From Thermoplasmatota archaeon (GTDB taxonomy: Archaea; Thermoplasmatota; JAKEGO01), in assembly GCA_028279595.1 (NCBI GenBank), contig JANQNK010000003.1, positions 96,001-160,000 of the forward strand: a stretch of 64,000 bases of DNA, written 5' to 3'. The first letter of the stretch is position 1, and each line of letters opens with the position of its first letter. A model generated the notes under the pieces. It was not told where the DNA came from, ran no database searches, and was given only the letters and a program-made list of their open reading frames with translations. The translations under genes were made by a program, and so were the position numbers. This document shows, one piece after another, positions 40,878 to 49,750 of the stretch.

Positions 40878-40931
40878 GCGAACGCGCTCGACGCCGCCCC
40901 TGCTGGGGCGTCGACGCGTATCACCAATATC
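40878..40931. repeat. Dispersed imperfect palindrome (REP-like), copy B
   Basis: gcgaacgcgctcgacgc-loop-gcgtcgacgcgtatcaccaatatc between convergent genes. Confidence 0.6.
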
Positions 40932-40957
40932 CTCCCAGGGGTACGGGTACCGCATGA

Positions 40958-42310
40958 TCACTTCGAAGCAACAGCGACGGCCTCGTCGAAGACGTCCATG
41001 GCTGCGGTGACCTCTTCCTCGTTTATCACGAGTGGGGGAATAAATCTGATGGCAGAGCGGCCGCACGGGAGCAGGATGAGTCCGCGCTTGTACGACTCCT
41101 CGACTATCCTGTTCCTGAGGTCGGCGGCGTACTCCTTCGTCTCGGTGTCCTTGACGAACTCTGCCGCGATCATGAGGCCCAGTCCGCGGACGTCGCCGAT
41201 CTTCGGGAAGCGTTCCTGGAGCTCCGTCAGTCTCTGCATGATGAGCTTCCCCTGGACGATGGCGTTGTCGCAGAGGTTCTCCTCCTGGATCACGTCGATG
41301 GTCGCCTCCGCAGCGGCGCTGGCAACGAGGTTTCCGCCGTAGGTGTTGGAGTGCGCTCCCTGCACGCCGAAGTCCATCTCGGCCCTAGCGGCGACGGCTC
41401 CGATGGGCATTCCGGAACCCATCCCCTTCGCCATGGTAACGAGGTCTGGTACGAACCCGAAGTTCTCGGACGCGAACATCTTTCCAGTGCGACCGAAGCC
41501 AGCCTGCACCTCGTCCGCAACGGTCGGTATGCCGCGGTCCGCTGCGAGCCTCTGGAGTGCTGGCAGGAAGTCGTCCGGCGGGATGACGTAGCCGCCCTCT
41601 CCCTGCACCGGCTCGACGAATATGCTGGCGACCTGGTCCACCATGTATGCGTCCAGGTGCTTCTCGATGAGGTCTATCGTGAAGGTCGTGAGGTCCTCGG
41701 TGTCCACACCGGCGACCGGCCTGTATCGGTTCGGATACGGGACGTGGACGACGCCGGGCATCCACGGGAAGAACCTGTCCTTGTGGACCGGCTTGCTTGC
41801 CGTCAGACCCAGCGAACCCATGGTCCGGCCGTGGAAGGCGCCCACGAACGCGATGTGGTGCTGTCTCTGGGTGTGCCACCTCGTGATCTTGATGGCAGCC
41901 TCGACCGACTCGGTCCCGGAGTTCGTGAAGAAGATCTTCTTGTCGTGGTCCCCGGGTGCGATGTCGACGAGCTTCCTCGCCAGGGAGACCTGGGCGTCGT
42001 AATAGAAGTCCGTACCTGCGAAATGATGAAGCTTCTTGGCCTGCTCGGTGATAGCCTCTACCACCCTCGGGTGGCAGTGACCGGTGTTCGTGACGCCGAT
42101 ACCGCTGGTGAAATCGATGTACACGTTGCCGTCAACGTCCTCGACCATCGAACCCTCTCCGCGGACTCCGACGATCGGCGATGTCTTCGTGCTGGTCATC
42201 AGGAACTCATGGTCGCCATCCACGATGGCCTGGGCCTTTGTTCCCGGAGGTGTCGTTACGATATCTGGGCCTTTCAAATTCTCACCGCCCGGCGATACCG
42301 GAGTCCCCAT
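40958..42310 (-). CDS. Class III PLP aminotransferase (acetylornithine/4-aminobutyrate family)
   Basis: DVDGN.YID, NSGTES, FHGRT, EPVQGEGG, DEVQAG.GRTG, AKG. Confidence 0.92.
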   Translation of the reverse strand: MGTPVSPGGENLKGPDIVTTPPGTKAQAIVDGDHEFLMTSTKTSPIVGVRGEGSMVEDVDGNVYIDFTSGIGVTNTGHCHPRVVEAITEQAKKLHHFAGTDFYYDAQVSLARKLVDIAPGDHDKKIFFTNSGTESVEAAIKITRWHTQRQHHIAFVGAFHGRTMGSLGLTASKPVHKDRFFPWMPGVVHVPYPNRYRPVAGVDTEDLTTFTIDLIEKHLDAYMVDQVASIFVEPVQGEGGYVIPPDDFLPALQRLAADRGIPTVADEVQAGFGRTGKMFASENFGFVPDLVTMAKGMGSGMPIGAVAARAEMDFGVQGAHSNTYGGNLVASAAAEATIDVIQEENLCDNAIVQGKLIMQRLTELQERFPKIGDVRGLGLMIAAEFVKDTETKEYAADLRNRIVEESYKRGLILLPCGRSAIRFIPPLVINEEEVTAAMDVFDEAVAVASK

Positions 42311-42365
42311 TTAAGGCTTGTGGAAAGACTGCTGGGATGGTCGACGATGGACGACGATATTTCCC

Positions 42366-43304
42366 CTAGATCCGCTCCCCCGAACGTCCTAGTATGGACG
42401 CTGCGATCACGTCCTTCTCCCTGACCACTGCACCCGGCGAAACGATGGCGGAATCGACCACCGCACCATCGCCGACGACCGCACCCTCGAGGATGGCGCA
42501 ATTGCGTATCCGGCATCCCTTTCCGATCCTCGCGCCCTTGCCAACGTCCACCGGTGCAGTGAGTTCGCTCTCCACCGAGGCATCCGGAGCCACGAGGACG
42601 GGTTCAGAGATCTCACCTCTCGAAACCCGCCTTTCCAGGAGATCGTTCATTGCGAGAAGGTAGGAGGGAAGGGTGCCGACATCGGTCCACAGTCCATCGA
42701 ACCGGAAGCCGAAAAGGCCGTGCTCCACGGCCTTGGGGAAGACCTCCCTTTCGATGGAGACCTTTCCCTCCGGGATCATGTCCAGGATCTCGGGTCCCAG
42801 GACGTACATTCCCGCGTTGATCAGGTTCGTCGGCGGGTCCGGGGGCTTCTCTACGAAGCTGGTGATCCTGTCCCCGTCCATGTCCACGACGCCGAACCTG
42901 GTAGGGTCCTCGACCTCCCTGAGGGCGATGGTCCCGATCCCTTCGTTCGCATGGTGGAAATCGATCATCGCCTTCGAATCGAGGTCGGAGATGATGTCGC
43001 CGTTGAAGACCATGAACTCCTCGTCGAGGTGCTCGGCGCAGTTCTTGATGGCGCCACCGGTCCCCAGGGGCTCCTCCTCGTCGACGAATATGAAGCGGTC
43101 CGAGTCCTCGCGGGACTCGAGGTAGGACCTGATCTCCTCTCCAGAATAGGAAAGGGTGAAGACGACCTCGGCGTCATGTGGAGCGACGTCGAGGAGGTAA
43201 TCGATTATCGGTCGCCCAGCGAGAGGGACGAGCGGTTTCGGCACGGTCTCGGTCAGTGGAAGGAGCCGGGTGCCGAAGCCTCCGACGAGCATCAGGACCT
43301 TCAT
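42366..43304 (-). CDS. NDP-sugar synthase (nucleotidyltransferase with short LbH tail)
   Basis: GGFGTRL.PLT..PKP, EEPLGTGG, NGD, FVEKP, WTDVG. Confidence 0.9.
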   Translation of the reverse strand: MKVLMLVGGFGTRLLPLTETVPKPLVPLAGRPIIDYLLDVAPHDAEVVFTLSYSGEEIRSYLESREDSDRFIFVDEEEPLGTGGAIKNCAEHLDEEFMVFNGDIISDLDSKAMIDFHHANEGIGTIALREVEDPTRFGVVDMDGDRITSFVEKPPDPPTNLINAGMYVLGPEILDMIPEGKVSIEREVFPKAVEHGLFGFRFDGLWTDVGTLPSYLLAMNDLLERRVSRGEISEPVLVAPDASVESELTAPVDVGKGARIGKGCRIRNCAILEGAVVGDGAVVDSAIVSPGAVVREKDVIAASILGRSGERI

Positions 43305-43394
43305 GTGGTATCGATATCGTCTCCGTTATTTAAGGCTCTCCCGGTCTCTCCCATATGGGGGGTCGATGTTCTAGAAAATGAGCCCCTGGCTCGT

Positions 43395-44057
43395 TCACTC
43401 TATGAGGTCCAGCGCCGATTCGATCCGGTTGAGTTCGACCCCGGTCGTCGGCGTCCCTGTCGCCGCTCCCGCGTCGTTCGCCACTATAGCCGAACCGAGC
43501 ATCGGTGAGCCGAAGTTCGCGGTCCCGAACTCGATCTCGAGTCCGAATACTTCCTCGAGCACAGCGACCTCGCGGGCATCGGTCTTGGGATGGCAGAGTA
43601 TGCCCTTCGAATTGAGGACTGCCGCTGAACCCACGGTCTTCAGACCACCGACCGTTCCGGCGGTCATCTCGACCCCGAGGTGGTCTGCCATGTCCTTGAG
43701 GATACGCTTCGGGTACTTTGGATTGGCGAGGGCGGTGGCTGGCCCCAGAAGGACATTGTTCCCGACCGCGTTCAACCTGTCATGAAGTACCATGACGTTG
43801 AAGGTCTCGCGCAGTCTGGCCAGTTCCTCCGATTCGATGATGTTCGAGACGATCATCCCATCGTCGTTGGCTATGCACAATGCACCGATTACGGTCATGC
43901 CGCCGATGGTGGCCTTCTGGACCTCGACGCTCAACGCTTCCGATATCTCGTCCACTCTGGAATCCGAAAAGTTGGGTGAAACGATGCACGACGAATTGTC
44001 GGCCACGGCAAGCGTGCCGAGGTTCGGGTTGCCGTTGACGTCCAGCCTGATGAGCAT
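43395..44057 (-). CDS. eif6: Translation initiation factor 6 (aIF-6)
   Basis: GTANFGS, ANDAGA..G..TTGVEL; follows rpl31e. Confidence 0.92.
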   Translation of the reverse strand: MLIRLDVNGNPNLGTLAVADNSSCIVSPNFSDSRVDEISEALSVEVQKATIGGMTVIGALCIANDDGMIVSNIIESEELARLRETFNVMVLHDRLNAVGNNVLLGPATALANPKYPKRILKDMADHLGVEMTAGTVGGLKTVGSAAVLNSKGILCHPKTDAREVAVLEEVFGLEIEFGTANFGSPMLGSAIVANDAGAATGTPTTGVELNRIESALDLIE

Positions 44058-44072
44058 GGGTAGTCCGCCCGA

Positions 44073-44348
44073 TCACTCCTCCGGGAGCGTGATCTCGACG
44101 TAACCGCCTTCTTCGGGGAACTTGGTGACCTTGACCCTGATCTTTGAGGGGATCTTCGACGATCCCCTGGACCAGATGTGTTCATTGACCTTGTCATCGA
44201 TCCAGATCGAGTCCTCGTCGACCTTCATGTGCTTGGAAACGAACGATCTGATGACCTTCATCGATCTGGGGGCCCTCTTCCATCTGGGGCTGTCCCTCAT
44301 CGCTCGCAGCGGGATCGTGTATATCCTCTCGATCTCCTCGTCTGCCAT
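44073..44348 (-). CDS. rpl31e: 50S ribosomal protein L31e
   Basis: ERIYTIPLR, KRAPR, KHMK, NEHIWSRG. Confidence 0.95.
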   Translation of the reverse strand: MADEEIERIYTIPLRAMRDSPRWKRAPRSMKVIRSFVSKHMKVDEDSIWIDDKVNEHIWSRGSSKIPSKIRVKVTKFPEEGGYVEITLPEE

Positions 44349-44352
44349 GGGA

Positions 44353-44508
44353 TCATCTCTTCAACTTGGACCTGCGCCAGTTCCTGCGCTTCGGGTGGTC
44401 CATGAACCGCCTGTTCGTCCGCATGACCACCCATGCGGGCACGCGTCTGTTGCTACGCATCGCCCTGAGCAGCCTGTTCTTCTTGCCACATGGCTTGTTC
44501 CGCGCCAT
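44353..44508 (-). CDS. rpl39e: 50S ribosomal protein L39e
   Basis: Translated by hand (51 aa): [51 protein letters not shown]. Confidence 0.95.
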   Translation of the reverse strand: MARNKPCGKKNRLLRAMRSNRRVPAWVVMRTNRRFMDHPKRRNWRRSKLKR

Positions 44509-44517
44509 TTGATCGCC

Positions 44518-44856
44518 TCACACTCGTTTGATTGTGATCTCCCGCTTCCGTCCCTGCAGCTGACCGAGGATGGTCTTCAGGACCTCGTCCGTCACCGGCA
44601 CGGGGATCCTCCCGGCCTGGACGAGGATTATGACCTGGTCCTCGATGTTCGCAGCGAACTCGGGCTTCGCCATTCGTATGTTCGCAAGCCGCGATCGGGC
44701 CTCGGGAGTGAATATCTGCCTCAGGAGCGCCTCGCGCTGAGCGCGCATCTGCTCCTCCTGGGCCTGTTCCATCCCGGCCTCCTCGGCCTGGGCCTGCGCC
44801 TGGAGCTCGAGCATCCGTCTCTGTCTCAATGCTTCGAGCTCGTCGTCCTCCATCAC
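44518..44856 (-). CDS. PDCD5-like dsDNA-binding protein
   Basis: ELEALRQRRMLEL, LRQIFTPEARSRL...KPEFA; conserved position after rps19e. Confidence 0.92.
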   Translation of the reverse strand: MMEDDELEALRQRRMLELQAQAQAEEAGMEQAQEEQMRAQREALLRQIFTPEARSRLANIRMAKPEFAANIEDQVIILVQAGRIPVPVTDEVLKTILGQLQGRKREITIKRV

Positions 44857-45647
44857 TCCTCCTCTCCCTTCTCGGGCTCTTCGGAGGGCTCTGGCTCTTC
44901 GACCGCCGCTTCCTCGGCGGGGGCTTCCTCGACGGGTCCTGGCTCCTCCGCAGGGGTCTCTTCGACGGTCTCCTCGACCTTCTCGGATTCCTCAGCTGGG
45001 GCCTCCTCGACCTTCTCGGGTTCCTCGGCGGGAGCTTCCTCCGCGGGTGCCTCCACGGTCTCTTCGGCAGGCGCTTCGGGCGCAGGCTCCTCTGCAGGAG
45101 CTTCCTCTGCGGCCGCCTCTTCGGCTGCGGCTTCCTCGGCAGCGGCCTTCTCGGCCTCCTTGCGCGCCTTCTCCGCCGCCTTCCTCGCCTTCTTCCGTGC
45201 CTTCTCCTCCTCCTTGCGGATGAGCGCCAGTTCGGTCTCGACCTCGTGGGCGGCGGAGTCCATGAGCTTCATGCCGGCACCGGTGAGCTTGCGCCCCCTG
45301 ATCCCGGCCTTCTCTATCAGACCCGCTCCCTCGAGCTGCTGGAAGGCGTGCCGAGTGATGGAGCGGCTGCCCTTCTTGGCCTTGTTGGGCTTGACGCCCC
45401 TGTCGGCCTTCCCACCGAACATGGACGACACGCGCTCGATGCCTATCGGTCCGTGTACGTAGACCTTCCGCATGACCGCTCCCAGCCTTACGTGCCACCA
45501 TTCCTCCTGGGTCGGAGGCCTCTCCTTGTGAATGCCGGTCTTCACGAACAGAGCCCAGTCTGGCTGTGCGCATTCCGGCATCTCCCGAAGCTTCGTGGCC
45601 ACGTTCTGGATCAGCGGCTCAGGCGGTACATCGTACACCGTCGTCAT
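44853..45647 (-). CDS. rps19e: 30S ribosomal protein S19e with long acidic C-terminal extension
   Basis: MTTVYDVP, WALFVKTG..KERPP, GPIGI; then K/A- and E/A/P-rich tail. Confidence 0.95.
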   Translation of the reverse strand: MTTVYDVPPEPLIQNVATKLREMPECAQPDWALFVKTGIHKERPPTQEEWWHVRLGAVMRKVYVHGPIGIERVSSMFGGKADRGVKPNKAKKGSRSITRHAFQQLEGAGLIEKAGIRGRKLTGAGMKLMDSAAHEVETELALIRKEEEKARKKARKAAEKARKEAEKAAAEEAAAEEAAAEEAPAEEPAPEAPAEETVEAPAEEAPAEEPEKVEEAPAEESEKVEETVEETPAEEPGPVEEAPAEEAAVEEPEPSEEPEKGEEE

Positions 45648-45800
45648 CTTCTGGTCACTCTCCCGCTAGTCGGAGGGGTAGTCCGTGCGATAATGTTCGT
45701 AGTTATAAAGGTTATGGATGAACAGGATGGCTGATTTATACTACTGGATGCAGCCGATAACTTATTAATCGCCACATCATATGAATTATCGGGCCAAAAG

Positions 45801-46655
45801 ATGAGAGCGAGGGGACCAAAGCACCGAGCCCGCATCATTGTACTAGTTTCGATGTTCGCCCTGATCCTCATTGCCATCCCGGTAGCAGACGGGAATCCAG
45901 TTCCCTATTATCCAACCTTCACAGCAAAGGACGGCAATCCGATCCCAGCTGTCAACGATACCGACGTCTATCTGGCAGAGGAACTGTTGATATTCACATT
46001 CTCATCCAAGAGCGTCGATGTCCAGGCTGAATATCTATTTCGAAACGACGGTCCATACCATGTCAATCTCTCGATATTCCTTCCCTTCAATGACACTGCC
46101 ACTGTATTCGACCTCAAGGTCGACGGGATCGACCACTCATATCAGGAGTACCAGATGGATCTGCACCGATACTACTGGTGGGGGAGTGGACGCAGCTATC
46201 ACGGTGTCCTCTTCGGTGTCTCCTTCGGACCGCACGGATCCCGTAACGTAAGCATTGGATATCAACGCGAGTTGCATGTTTCATACGACTACGAGGACAA
46301 TGACAAACTGCATCATTCGTTCAACTACATGGTATGGACGACCAAGTACTGGAACCACTCCATCGATCGTGCACGGTTCGAATTCTGGTTACCCAGGTCT
46401 CTCTACGAGGAAATAGACTATTACGACTTCAATAGCTCATATGAATCGGGAAAATATACCGTTCTCGTCGAAGAATACGAGGATTGGTCCCCGTCCGATT
46501 ATTACGGTGAGGTAGGAATAAACTGGTGGAGATTCCGTCCTGAAGAACCTGACGTGATCCCGCAGATATTCCTGATCGGTCTCGGATCAATTGCAGCCGT
46601 CATAGTGTTCTTCGGGTCCTGGGAGTACCTGGACCGTCGAAAATCAAGGAAATGA
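45801..46655 (+). CDS. Secreted, C-terminally anchored protein (DUF4424-like)
   Basis: Signal peptide, AEYLFRN, YMVWTTKYW..I, C-terminal TM plus basic tail; visibly more AT-rich than flanks. Confidence 0.7.
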   Translation: MRARGPKHRARIIVLVSMFALILIAIPVADGNPVPYYPTFTAKDGNPIPAVNDTDVYLAEELLIFTFSSKSVDVQAEYLFRNDGPYHVNLSIFLPFNDTATVFDLKVDGIDHSYQEYQMDLHRYYWWGSGRSYHGVLFGVSFGPHGSRNVSIGYQRELHVSYDYEDNDKLHHSFNYMVWTTKYWNHSIDRARFEFWLPRSLYEEIDYYDFNSSYESGKYTVLVEEYEDWSPSDYYGEVGINWWRFRPEEPDVIPQIFLIGLGSIAAVIVFFGSWEYLDRRKSRK

Positions 46656-46665
46656 CAGTTCACCG

Positions 46666-47334
46666 TCACTTCTTCTTCTTGTCCTTCTCTTCCTCTTCCT
46701 TGATCGGCTCGGCGTCGATCGGTTCCGCTCCGGGCAGTTCGACGACCTCCTCGACCTCCATGACGGCGGAGTACATCTCGGCGTAGTCCTTGAGGATCTC
46801 GATGGAGATCTGGCCGATCTCGGCCTTCCTGGCCCTCCAGGCGTCTTCAAGGTCCACTATCGGGCCGATGGCGCTCGTCCTGTAGAATTCGAAGAGGAGG
46901 ATCCTGAAGAGCTGGGCCCTCACGACGTCCGTAGGGACCGTGGTGAAGGACCTTCCCGCCTCGAGGTAGTCCCTTCCGATCTCCCTGGCGACCCGCTCGA
47001 CGTCGAGCCCGTTCGCGAACGTGCTGTCGAAGGTGAAGTTGAACTTGGGGAATATGGTGGAGAACGTGTCCATGTGTATCTCCATGAGCCTTCCGAAGTC
47101 ACGGAACACCTGCGGTACGGTCGCACCACGATCGACAGGGAGGATCGGCATCCCGTCCGCCGGTCTTCCGATGTCGACCTGTTCGATGAGGACCCTTCCG
47201 AGGGCGACCTCGACCGATCGGTGTATCGTCCCGTAGAAGATCTTGCTCAGGGGCATGCCCGTCTCGTCGGAAATGAAATCCATCGCCTGCTTCTCCCTCA
47301 CGGGGACCATCAGTCCGAACATAGCGCGTTCCAT
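46666..47334 (-). CDS. Hypothetical protein, possible N-terminal ribbon-helix-helix
   Basis: FGLMVP..EKQAMDFISDETGMPLSKIF pattern; host-like codon usage. Confidence 0.65.
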   Translation of the reverse strand: MERAMFGLMVPVREKQAMDFISDETGMPLSKIFYGTIHRSVEVALGRVLIEQVDIGRPADGMPILPVDRGATVPQVFRDFGRLMEIHMDTFSTIFPKFNFTFDSTFANGLDVERVAREIGRDYLEAGRSFTTVPTDVVRAQLFRILLFEFYRTSAIGPIVDLEDAWRARKAEIGQISIEILKDYAEMYSAVMEVEEVVELPGAEPIDAEPIKEEEEKDKKKK

Positions 47335-47403
47335 GGGTACCACTTTGAAATTTCTTTAAAAGAATTATAAACAACTGGGATTTATAATTTGCGTCTTCCA
47401 CCA

Positions 47404-48624
47404 TCAGAGCTCGTACGTCCTCCCCTCCTCGGGGAGGAGTATGTTGTAGTCCTGAAGGTCGTCGGCGAGCACCTGCCTGCTGTCACCGTGCATGAGCACG
47501 ATCAGTTCCGGGTCGCACTTCTGGGCGAACTCGACCAGTTCGGTGTGCCCCGCGTGCGCGGAGAAGTCGTACTGCACGACCTCCGCCTCCACCGGGACCT
47601 TCGCTCCGGCTATGTTGAGTGCGTGCTCGTCGAGCAGCCGCCGCCCGTTCGTCCCCTCGACCTGGTATCCGGTCAGCAGTATGGCGTTGTCCTTCGAGTT
47701 GAGCCTGTTGGTGTACTCGAGAACGGGTCCGCCGTCCAGCATTCCGCTGGTCGTGACGATGACGTCTCCCCGGAGGGCCTTCTTCCTGTCGCTCGGCCTG
47801 ACGATCTGGCGGACCTCCCGCATGGCCCTCTTGAGCTCCTTCGGTTCGTGGAGGAACCTGGGATGCTCCATGTACATCTCGGCCACCGCCCGGCCCATGC
47901 CGTCGACCCAGATCTCGAGGTCCATGTGGTAGAGCATCATCAGGACCTCCTGGGTCCGTCCGACAGCGAACACAGGAACGATCGCCGTGCCCCCCCTCTC
48001 TATGACCTCCTCGATCTTGTCGATGAACTCCCCGATCAGCTGCCTGCGGTCGGGGTGGTCCCTGCCTCCGTAGGTGGATTCGAGCATGAGGACGTCGGTG
48101 TGCACGGGCTCCGCACTGCCGACCAGGAGGGAGTCCGTAGCGCTGATGTCGCCGGTGAAAAGAAACTCCCTGTCGCCCTCGACCCTGAACATCGTCGCTC
48201 CGGGTATGTGCCCGGCTGTGATGGCCTCGATCTCCATCCCGTTCCAGCCCCGTGTCTCCCCGAAGATCATCGGATCGTACAGGTCCCAGGCGATCTCGGG
48301 GGCACCCTTCCTGAAAGGAGGGTCGTAACCCTCGGCATCGGCGATCTTCTGGCTGTCGCCCGCGAGCAGGTCGCTCACCACGGCCGTGGGTTCGGTGGCC
48401 CAGATGGGCATGCCATACCTGTCCGCCACCCAGGGGATCATACCAGAGTGGTCGAGGTGGGCATGGGATAGAAGTGTCAGATCGACCTTCGGAGCTGGTT
48501 CCGGGACCTTCGGAGGATTGGACGGCAACATGCCGTAATCGAAAAGAGCTGACCTCCCGCCTTCGGAGAGTATCATTCCGAGGCGGCCGACCTCGCTCGC
48601 GCCCCCGAGGAACCGTATATCCAT
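47404..48624 (-). CDS. Beta-CASP metallo-beta-lactamase ribonuclease (aCPSF2-like)
   Basis: FLGGASEVGR, SHAHLDHSG, GHIPG, ESTYG, FAVGRTQE, FSAHA, MHG. Confidence 0.92.
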   Translation of the reverse strand: MDIRFLGGASEVGRLGMILSEGGRSALFDYGMLPSNPPKVPEPAPKVDLTLLSHAHLDHSGMIPWVADRYGMPIWATEPTAVVSDLLAGDSQKIADAEGYDPPFRKGAPEIAWDLYDPMIFGETRGWNGMEIEAITAGHIPGATMFRVEGDREFLFTGDISATDSLLVGSAEPVHTDVLMLESTYGGRDHPDRRQLIGEFIDKIEEVIERGGTAIVPVFAVGRTQEVLMMLYHMDLEIWVDGMGRAVAEMYMEHPRFLHEPKELKRAMREVRQIVRPSDRKKALRGDVIVTTSGMLDGGPVLEYTNRLNSKDNAILLTGYQVEGTNGRRLLDEHALNIAGAKVPVEAEVVQYDFSAHAGHTELVEFAQKCDPELIVLMHGDSRQVLADDLQDYNILLPEEGRTYEL

Positions 48625-48635
48625 TCGCAGCCGTC

Positions 48636-49001
48636 CTAGAGGAACTTGGCGAACTGTTCCTCGAAGGCTGCCTTCGGCATCGCCCCGACGAGCCTGTCCG
48701 CGTATTCCCCGTCCTTGAATATGAGAAGTGTCGGGATGCTCATGATGCGGTGCTTCATCGCGATGCCCGTGCTCTCATCCGTGTTGAGCTTCGCGAAGGC
48801 TATCCTGCCCTTGTAATCGCCCGCCAGCTCGTGTATCGTGGGGGCTATCATCTTGCACGGGCCGCACCAGGGTGCCCAGCAGTCGATGACGGCAACAGGG
48901 AACTTCTTGACGAACTCCTCGAAGTTGGCATCATTCACCTCGACCGGCAGGTCTGGCGCGTCGTCGCCCAGATCGCTGAACTGTATCACGTCATCAACCA
49001 T
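48636..49001 (-). CDS. trxA: Thioredoxin
   Basis: WAPWCGPC, SIPT. Confidence 0.95.
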   Translation of the reverse strand: MVDDVIQFSDLGDDAPDLPVEVNDANFEEFVKKFPVAVIDCWAPWCGPCKMIAPTIHELAGDYKGRIAFAKLNTDESTGIAMKHRIMSIPTLLIFKDGEYADRLVGAMPKAAFEEQFAKFL

Positions 49002-49059
49002 GGTTCTCACCGGATTTCCATCAAATCCATGACGTATAAAAAGGTATCCCCTGGGGTGC

Positions 49060-49653
49060 CTATCGGTCGCGCTCGCCCTTGAATCCCTTGGCGACGATGT
49101 AGACCTCAGAGCTCGCCTTCCTCGATGCCTCTGGCGAGTGGCATTTCACGTTGGAGAAGGCCGACCTGTACTCGGCCAGGAGGTCCGGGAACATGTCTCC
49201 CTGGAAGACCTTGACCACGGAACAGCCGCCCTTTCGAAGGACCCGCTTCGAGACCTTGAGCGCCCACTCCGCCATGTGGACGGACCTCGCCTGGTCCATG
49301 CTGTAATGTCCGGTTATGTCCGGTGACATGTCCGAAAGTACGACGTCCACCTCTTCGCTCCAGTCCGCGACCTGTCTCAGGAACTCCTTGGACGTGACGT
49401 CCGCCCGGATGAAGACGACGCCGTCCACCGCCTCCATGCCCCTGATGTCCGCGGCGAGTACGTTTCCCGGACCGGCGAGCTCGACCGCGACCTGGGACCA
49501 GCCACCAGGAGCGGCTCCGAGGTCCACGACCCTGTCGTCGCGCCTTATCACCTTGAACTTCCTGTCGATCTGCTTCAGCTTGTAGGTGGCCCTCGATCGG
49601 TAGCCTTCAGCCTTCGCCTTCCGGTAGTATCCGTCCTTCTTGTCGTAGGACAT
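49060..49653 (-). CDS. rlmE: 23S rRNA 2'-O-methyltransferase RlmE/FtsJ
   Basis: GYRSRA.YKL, DLGAAPGGWSQ, SDMSP, KVFQG, ASR..SSE. Confidence 0.95.
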   Translation of the reverse strand: MSYDKKDGYYRKAKAEGYRSRATYKLKQIDRKFKVIRRDDRVVDLGAAPGGWSQVAVELAGPGNVLAADIRGMEAVDGVVFIRADVTSKEFLRQVADWSEEVDVVLSDMSPDITGHYSMDQARSVHMAEWALKVSKRVLRKGGCSVVKVFQGDMFPDLLAEYRSAFSNVKCHSPEASRKASSEVYIVAKGFKGERDR

Positions 49654-49750
49654 CGTATTCCGAGTCCGGAGCCCGATTATAAATGTTTGTCAGGTCCACG
49701 ACAGTGATCGAAGGTCCCGATTTGGACCGAAGACCGTTCACTCGACTCCC

